Shown piece by piece: positions 1 to 6,700 of a DNA stretch of 45,725 nt; the first letter of the stretch is position 1, and each line of letters begins with the position of its first letter. The stretch comes from an uncultured Bacteroides sp. Lineage in GTDB: Bacteria; Bacteroidota; Bacteroidia; Bacteroidales; JACABE01. The notes under the pieces were generated by a model, which saw only the letters and a list, made by a program, of their open reading frames with translations, was not told where the DNA came from and made no database searches. The position numbers and the translations under genes were made by a program. The stretch covers positions 1-45,725 of the forward strand of contig CAZYEM010000002.1 in NCBI GenBank assembly GCA_964646395.1, written 5' to 3'.

Positions 1-49
1 TAGATGCATTTAGTGTTTTTTTATATTGGGTTATTTATGATTATACATA

Positions 50-78
50 CTGCCTTGGAAACTAGGTGGCTTTTTTTT
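50..78 (+). terminator. Possible weak intrinsic terminator of an off-window upstream gene
   Basis: A 6-bp stem ctgcct (50-55) / aggtgg (64-69), including two G-U pairs, has an 8-nt loop and is followed by a T8 run (71-78). It lies in the non-coding leader before the kinase gene. Confidence 0.3.
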
Positions 79-109
79 ATTGAAAAGTATCAAAAATGAA
101 TAAATCTAT

Positions 110-117
110 TATCTTTG
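110..117 (+). promoter_or_regulatory. Candidate Bacteroidota-type -7 promoter box (TAnnTTTG) for the kinase/regulator operon
   Basis: tatctttg matches TAnnTTTG and sits 27 nt upstream of ATG 144. No good -33 TTTG occurs at canonical spacing, so this is tentative. Confidence 0.3.
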
Positions 118-143
118 TAAAAGTAATTATTTAAATAATTTTT

Positions 144-2216
144 ATGAAGTTGTATGGAGTGAATTTATTTGTTAACAGTAAGAATATTAGAGTTTTAGTC
201 TTATTTGTTTTTGTGTTCTTTTCATTAAAATTGAATGCACAGATTACAATTGATAGCTTGAAAAAATCAATTTCAACTACTTCATTAACTGAAAAAACGA
301 AGTTATTATACAAAATATCAGATTATTATAAGAATAAAGGAGATTTTGATTCTGTTGTTAAATATGCAGAAATTGGTTATAGTGTATTGAATAAGAAAGA
401 TTATGATAACCAATATAAATTCTGCGAAATATTAAGTAATGCTTACGAAAATTTATCAAATTCTCAACAATTGATTTATTATCTTAATCTTATGATAAAA
501 ATTGCTGAAGATCGAAAAGATTTGAAGAGTTTATCTGAATTATATACGAAATTAGGTGCCAAATATGGAAGAAATTATATATACGATAAAGCAATCTATA
601 ATTTTTATAAATCATTGAGTGTAAATAAGTATATTAATGATAGTATTGGAATTTCAAATTCATATAAAAATTTAGGATTACTCTATTTGTTTACTAACGA
701 TACTGTTAAAGCAAAAGAAAATCTTCAGATTAGTTTAAATATCTCATTAAAAATTAAAAATAAAAGAAGTACTGCTTATACATTAAAAGGATTTGGAAAT
801 CTTTATATGCAATTAAGTAACTTTGAAAAAGCCTTAAATTATCAGTTATGGGCATTAAAATTATTCGAAGAAATTAAAGAAAATAAAGAGATATCGTTCA
901 CTTTGTCTGATATTGGAGATACTTATAAAAGTATGAAAAGATATCTAACAGCACTTAAATTTTATAAGAAGTCAATTAATATAAAATTAAATATAAATGA
1001 TAAATATTATCACGCCTATTTATTGATAAATATTGGTAATACATTCCTTGATCTTAAAAAATATGATAGTGCTTATGTTTATATTAAGCAAGCAGAAATG
1101 ATTACAAAGAATGGGTATGATATTGGTATAGGTAGTATGGTTTATGAAGCTTATTCTTCATATTATTCAATAATAGGCGATTATAAGAAGGCTTTTGAGT
1201 ATCAGAAGGTTTTCAAAGTTGCAAGTGATTCTATATTTAATAAACAGAACAATGAAAGAATCAACCAATTGAAGGTAAAATATGAAATTGATGAATTTGA
1301 GACAGAAAATCAGTTACTCAAACAAAATAATGTAATTCAGCAATTAGCAATAGAAAAGCAGACTTATTTAAGAAATACTTTTATTGCATTATCTATAATG
1401 ATAACGATTTTAGTTTTAATTGTCTTTTATCGTTTCTTATTAAAGCAAAAGGCAAATAAGGTTTTGTCTGAAAAAAATAATCAGATCAGCAATCAGAAAA
1501 ATCAATTGGAAGAAGCTTTTGCTACTAAGGATAAGATTTTTGCGATTATTACTCATGATCTTAAAAATCCATTTGGAACCATAATTTCATTATCAGGATT
1601 TCTTGAAGAAAGCTATGACGAAATAGATGATAATCATAGAATTCATGCCATAAGAACCCTTAAAAAATCGGCAAATTCTGCTTATGATTTATTAGAAAAC
1701 CTAACAAAGTGGTTAATGTCTCAAAACAAGAATATTCCAATAAAAAACTCTGAATTTGACATAAGTATTGCAATTCAAACAATATTAACATTTTATAAAA
1801 TAGAAACAGATAAAAAGAATATTAAGATAGATTCTGATATTGCAGAAGAAACCTTTGTATATGCAGATGAACAAATGATAAAAACGATTTTAAGAAATTT
1901 ATTATCAAATGCAATAAAATTTACACCTGATAATGGGAAAATTGATATTAAAATTAAAAATTTTCAAAATGAAATTCATGTTGCAATAAAAGATTCAGGA
2001 ATTGGAATAAAAGAAGAAGATAAGGAAAAGATATTCAAGATTGATAGCAATTTTACAACAGCAGGAACTTCAAAAGAAAAGGGTAGTGGATTGGGACTTA
2101 TTTTGTCCAAAGAATTTGCGGAGCGTAATAAAAGTAAAATTTGGTTTGAAAGTGAAGAAGGAAAAGGGAGCACTTTTTATTTTTCAATATTGAAAAAAAC
2201 AAGTAAATATGAATAA
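144..2216 (+). CDS. TPR-repeat sensor histidine kinase (N-terminal signal/anchor, about 350 aa of TPR-like repeats, one TM helix, coiled coil, HisKA + HATPase_c)
   Basis: 690-aa ORF. Hydrophobic N-terminus VLVLFVFVFFSLKLNA|Q. Repeated Y/A/L-patterned TPR-like units. TM segment TFIALSIMITILVLIVFYRFLL. H-box FAIITHDLKNP, N-box LLSNAIKFT, G1 DSGIGI, G2 GSGLGL. Confidence 0.93.
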   Translation: MKLYGVNLFVNSKNIRVLVLFVFVFFSLKLNAQITIDSLKKSISTTSLTEKTKLLYKISDYYKNKGDFDSVVKYAEIGYSVLNKKDYDNQYKFCEILSNAYENLSNSQQLIYYLNLMIKIAEDRKDLKSLSELYTKLGAKYGRNYIYDKAIYNFYKSLSVNKYINDSIGISNSYKNLGLLYLFTNDTVKAKENLQISLNISLKIKNKRSTAYTLKGFGNLYMQLSNFEKALNYQLWALKLFEEIKENKEISFTLSDIGDTYKSMKRYLTALKFYKKSINIKLNINDKYYHAYLLINIGNTFLDLKKYDSAYVYIKQAEMITKNGYDIGIGSMVYEAYSSYYSIIGDYKKAFEYQKVFKVASDSIFNKQNNERINQLKVKYEIDEFETENQLLKQNNVIQQLAIEKQTYLRNTFIALSIMITILVLIVFYRFLLKQKANKVLSEKNNQISNQKNQLEEAFATKDKIFAIITHDLKNPFGTIISLSGFLEESYDEIDDNHRIHAIRTLKKSANSAYDLLENLTKWLMSQNKNIPIKNSEFDISIAIQTILTFYKIETDKKNIKIDSDIAEETFVYADEQMIKTILRNLLSNAIKFTPDNGKIDIKIKNFQNEIHVAIKDSGIGIKEEDKEKIFKIDSNFTTAGTSKEKGSGLGLILSKEFAERNKSKIWFESEEGKGSTFYFSILKKTSKYE

Positions 2217-2868
2217 AATTAAATTAATAATAGTTGATGATCATCCCATTGTAAGGGACGGAATCAGTGTGCTTTTAATGAATATTTCAAATATTGAAAT
2301 AATAGGTGAAGCAGCTGACAGTTTTGAATTGGATGATCTGTTGAAAAATATTAAACCGGATATTATTTTGATGGATATTAGTATGCCTGGTATATCTGGA
2401 ATTGAGATTACTGAAAAGCTAAAAGAACAACAACCGGAAATAAAGATAATTATGTTAACAGCTGATATAAATGATAATTCCATTTTCGATTCATTAAAAG
2501 CAGGTGCTTTGGGTTATCTTCCCAAAAATGCAAAACGGAATGAGATTATTGATGCTATCAATAACGTGTATGAAGGGAAGGAGTATATTGCAGAATCAAT
2601 TACAAGCAATGTTTTAAAAACATATATTTCCAAAGCAAGAGATTTAAAACCACATGAAAACAAACAAGAAGTTGAATTATCAAAACGTGAGATTGAAATT
2701 GTAGAATTATTTTCAGAAGGACTTTCTTACAAGGAAATTGCTAATAGGTTATTTATTTCAACAAGAACTGTTGAATCTCATAAAAACAATATCCTGGAAA
2801 AATTGGAATTGAAAACAATTGTTGATTTAGTTAAATATGCAATTAAACATAATATTATAAAGTTATAA
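2209..2868 (+). CDS. Two-component response regulator, NarL/FixJ/LuxR family (REC + LuxR-type HTH)
   Basis: 219-aa ORF. Acidic pocket IIVDDHP, phospho-acceptor IILMDISMPG, conserved T (MLTAD) and K (GYLPK). C-terminal HTH LSKREIEIVELFSEGLSYKEIANRLFISTRTVESHKNNI. Its ATG overlaps the kinase stop by 8 nt (ATGAATAA), which implies translational coupling. Confidence 0.95.
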   Translation: MNKIKLIIVDDHPIVRDGISVLLMNISNIEIIGEAADSFELDDLLKNIKPDIILMDISMPGISGIEITEKLKEQQPEIKIIMLTADINDNSIFDSLKAGALGYLPKNAKRNEIIDAINNVYEGKEYIAESITSNVLKTYISKARDLKPHENKQEVELSKREIEIVELFSEGLSYKEIANRLFISTRTVESHKNNILEKLELKTIVDLVKYAIKHNIIKL

Positions 2869-3039
2869 GTTCATTATTGAAATTCAAAAACAGTAAGCAA
2901 GGAAAATTAATTTAAAGGACATCTTAAATCCTAAAATTTACAATAAATTTTATAAGTGCTTTATTGACAAAAAGATGCATTTTTATGATTCTTTTATAAG
3001 AATTTATGGACAATAAAAATAAATCTGCGGATTTATGGT

Positions 3040-3070
3040 ATTGAAATCATTCCCGTTTCAATTATTTTTT
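3040..3070 (+). terminator. Possible weak terminator after the two-component operon
   Basis: A 7-bp A/T-rich stem attgaaa (3040-3046) / tttcaat (3056-3062) has a 9-nt loop and is followed by tatttttt (3063-3070). The stem is weak. Confidence 0.2.
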
Positions 3071-3152
3071 ATAGAACAACATTAATCAGATAAATTTTTT
3101 CTGTAAATTTTCACTTCCTTTTATACAAATTACAACTTTTTATTTTTATAAA

Positions 3153-3193
3153 ATAGGTAATTTTCCTTACTTAAAACAAGGAAATTTACCTAT
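3153..3193. promoter_or_regulatory. Near-perfect palindrome (16-bp arms, 1 mismatch, 9-nt spacer), candidate operator upstream of the receiver/giant-gene block
   Basis: ataggtaattttcctt (3153-3168) and aaggaaatttacctat (3178-3193) are reverse complements except for one position. No T-tract follows, so it is not terminator-like. It lies 53 nt upstream of the TTG start at 3246. The repeat itself is certain. The operator role is inference. Confidence 0.45.
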
Positions 3194-3215
3194 ATTAATT
3201 ACTTTCATTATACTA

Positions 3216-3223
3216 TAAATTTG
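3216..3223 (+). promoter_or_regulatory. Candidate -7 promoter box (TAnnTTTG) for the receiver gene and downstream giant genes
   Basis: taaatttg matches TAnnTTTG, lies 23 nt upstream of the TTG start at 3246 and immediately downstream of the palindrome. Confidence 0.35.
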
Positions 3224-3245
3224 CTAATTATATATTCTATAGAAA

Positions 3246-3692
3246 TTGGCAATAAAAATAGTATTTTGTATTAAGGATTTTTTATCAAAAGAAACCAATA
3301 AAATTTTATTGAAAAAAATTCCTCATGTCAAGATTATTGGTGAATTTGATGATGCCAATGATTTACTGTTAAACTTAAAAAATCGGATTCCTGATATTGT
3401 AATTTACGATTTGCAATCAAACAACCTTCGTGATATCGCCGAAATAAAAAAGATTCTTACCATTAGTCCAGAATTAAAGGTTATCGTAACCTGTACATTT
3501 GAAGATACAAGAACTATTGCAGCAACATTTAATTTGGGAGCCATAGCATTTCTTACAAAAAGAGACTTATCCGTTAGCGAATTATCAAATGCCATAAATT
3601 ATGCTAATGAAAACAATCATTATGTTTCAAGATGTTGCGAATACAAAATGGTTAATATTAACAAAATGATTCAATTGAACTATAGTTTATAA
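3246..3692 (+). CDS. Stand-alone degenerate receiver (REC-like) domain protein with no output domain and a TTG start
   Basis: 148-aa ORF that aligns by eye to the REC half of the neighbouring regulator. KIVFCIKDFL corresponds to LIIVDDHPIV, so the DD pocket is replaced by IK. DIVIYDLQ corresponds to DIILMDIS, so the acceptor Asp is kept. Thr (VTCTFED) and Lys (FLTKRD) are also kept. The protein ends right after the linker with no HTH. An in-frame stop at 3240-3242 leaves TTG 3246 as the only plausible start. Confidence 0.7.
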   Translation: MAIKIVFCIKDFLSKETNKILLKKIPHVKIIGEFDDANDLLLNLKNRIPDIVIYDLQSNNLRDIAEIKKILTISPELKVIVTCTFEDTRTIAATFNLGAIAFLTKRDLSVSELSNAINYANENNHYVSRCCEYKMVNINKMIQLNYSL

Positions 3693-3728
3693 AAATTCAA
3701 GATATAATAACAATAAACACAAAAAATC

Positions 3729-6700
3729 ATGAAAAAAGTAATCCTGTTTTTAATAGTCGTTTTATATATGACTTTTTTATCAGCTCAATCAACAATTGTT
3801 TTTCACGAAGACTTTGAATTACCTTCATTAAGTGATAGTTTGCAAAGTTCAACTGATCCGATTGGTGGAAATTCATGGGCTATATCAACTCATTTAAAAA
3901 ATTCAGGATCAAGATCAGATTCAAATCGCGTTCAGATTGGTAAAACCGTATATTTAACTACAAATTCTTTTAGTACTGTTGGTTACAGTAATGTATATCT
4001 TAAATTTGCTCAGATATGCAAATTGTTTTTTTCGGATGGAGGGCAGGTTGAGGTCTCTACAAATGGAGGAATTTCGTGGACACTTTTAACTTCATCTTAT
4101 TATCAAGGCAATGCCAGTATGGTGTTGAATAGGTTTAGTGAAAGCTCATATAATATATGGAGAGTAGGAGATACGATTGTTAACCCCACGAATGATTGGT
4201 GGAAAAACGAAACTTTTAATATTTCATTATTAGCATCTAATCAGGCTAATGTAAAAATCAGATTTAAATATACTGGAAGTAATAATCCTTTAGCAACCGG
4301 AAGATACGGCTGGTTATTAGATGATATAAAGGTAGTTGCAAGTATGTCGGAATTAGAACCTCCTGTGGTTAATTTAATTTCTTATCCCATTGATACTGCC
4401 TACTATGGAGGACCTTACAATGTTTCTGCATATGTAAAAGATGCTTCTGGAATCGATACCGTTTTTATTTCCTATAGAGTTGGTAATGGTAGTTTTACAC
4501 AATTAGGAATGATGAAGTCTCCAATAATTGATAGTTTGTACACGGCAGGAATACCATTTGTAGGTTATGGTAAAAAGATTGAATTTAAAATAACAGCAGT
4601 TGACGCATCTTCTGCACATAATTTCACTGAAAAGCCATTAAGTGAATATTATTCCTTTTTTGTTAAATATTCAACTGGAGGAAATGTAATTGTAGGAAAT
4701 GGTTCTTCACCTCAGAATTATCCTTTTAAGTCAAATTCCGATTCTACAAAAAGTGCTGCTTTATATTTATATTCCAATATAAACAGGTTTGGATTAATAA
4801 ATCAATTACAATGGTATGTTTCTACAGCTCAGGCTTCATTAAATATCCCAATTAAAGTTTACTTAAAACAAACCAATACATCAGCTTTAATAGGTGACTC
4901 CTGGGCTAGTTTAATGGATGGAGCTGTTTTAGTCTATAGCGGTACACATACATTTTCTTCAACAGGTTGGAAAACAATTACTTTAAACACACCTTATAAT
5001 TATAGTTCAGGTAATTTAATCGTATTATGTGAAACTAATTATGGAGGTTCAGGTGCTTCAATAACTCCTTCGTTTCGTTTCACGACTGCTTCATTTGGTT
5101 CGCACCAATTTTATGCATCCAGTTCCTCAATAGTCGAAGTAAATGCACAAAGACCAAATATTACTTTAGGCTTTGTAATAGTTCCTGTACTTACGCAAGA
5201 TGCAGGTATTTCTCAAATTACAAGCCCTTCCGGAAGTGTGACTGCAGGTACAGCATTTGGAGTAATTGCAAAAATAAAAAATTTCGGAAGTACTGTTTTA
5301 ACAAAAGCCAGTGTAAGTTATGCTTTGGATGGAATAATTCAGGGTACTTCTTTATGGACAGGAAGTTTATCAAAAGATTCATCTATCAGCTATACCATTG
5401 GAAATCTTAATACAACTATTGGAATACATACACTTAAGGTATGGTCTGATTTGCCTAATGACAGTATAGATCAAAATAATATAAATGATACTGCTTTTTA
5501 TACTTTTTATTCGTGTGGAGGACCTTTAAGTGGAAATTATTCTGTTGGTGGTTTTGGTGCTGATTTTCAGACTTTTGCTGATGTAAATGTAGGTCTTTCG
5601 CAATGTGGTATAAACGGACCAGTTGTTTTTAATGTAAATCCGGGTATTTATACCGAACAATTTACAATTACAGAAATTGTCGGAGCTTCTTCTAATAACA
5701 CAATTACTTTTCAATCTGTAAACAATGACAGTACATCAGTTATAATGAACCGTGCTTCTACTTCTACATCCAACTGGATAATTAAATTGAATGGTGCTGA
5801 TTATGTTAGTTTTAAGAATATAAAATTTGCACCTTCTGATTCATTATTTTCTACAGCAATCATAATTACAAATGGTGCAACCAATAATAAACTTATTGGA
5901 AACCAGTTCTTAGGGTATGCAGGTACTGCAATATCTCAAACATTAATTAGTATTGAAGGAACTGTAAATTCGAATCATAGTAATTTAATAAATGGAAATC
6001 GTTTTTTTAAAGGATCTTATGGAATTTCTGTAAAAGGTATTGCAAATATTAGGTTGAAAAATATTGTTATTAAGAAAAATATTTTAGATGAAGTAGTTTT
6101 GTATGGTATTTATACACAGTATGTTGATTCTTTACTCATAGATTCAAATACTATTTCTTCATCTGCTTTTAGTGCTAATAAATATGGCATTTATTTACAA
6201 TATGGTGATGTCTTAAATAGAATAACTAAAAATACAATATTTCTTTCGGGTGGTATAAATATGTATGGGATTTTGGCTGAAAGTTCTGTATCTTCAGATT
6301 TGTCTAAAGGATTAATTGCCAACAATTTTGTAAGTATTTTAAATGGATCTTCAATTGCTTATGGTATAAGGTTGAATACCATTACAAAATTCAGGATTTA
6401 TGCTAATTCCATTGTTTGCTTTGGTAATAGTTTTGCTAATACAAGAGCAATGAATATAACTAGTTCATGTTCGAATATTGTTATTAAAAACAATAATTTA
6501 GTAAGTAATAAATATCCATTCTTTGTAGAAGGAATCTCATCTGTCAGCTCTTCTGATTATAATAATTTTTACACTACAGGAGCAAATTTAATTAATTGGA
6601 ATTCAGCTGATTATTCTAATATAGCAAGTTATACAACTGTAAGTTTAATGGATTCAAATTCTATTTCTACTAATCCAATATTTTTCAGTAATAGCGACTT

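Noticed and set aside
131-313. 60-aa minus-strand ORF overlapping the kinase start.
   Set aside because: It is low-complexity and antisense to a well-supported gene with clear kinase motifs. Chance ORFs of this size are expected in AT-rich DNA.
2975-3016. 13-codon mini-ORF (MHFYDSFIRIYGQ*) in the control region as a leader peptide.
   Set aside because: It is too short, has no associated attenuator structure, and is expected by chance.
1976-3595. Minus-strand ORFs 1976-2173, 2241-2483 and 3404-3595.
   Set aside because: Each is fully embedded antisense in the kinase, regulator or receiver gene, and none has a recognisable motif.
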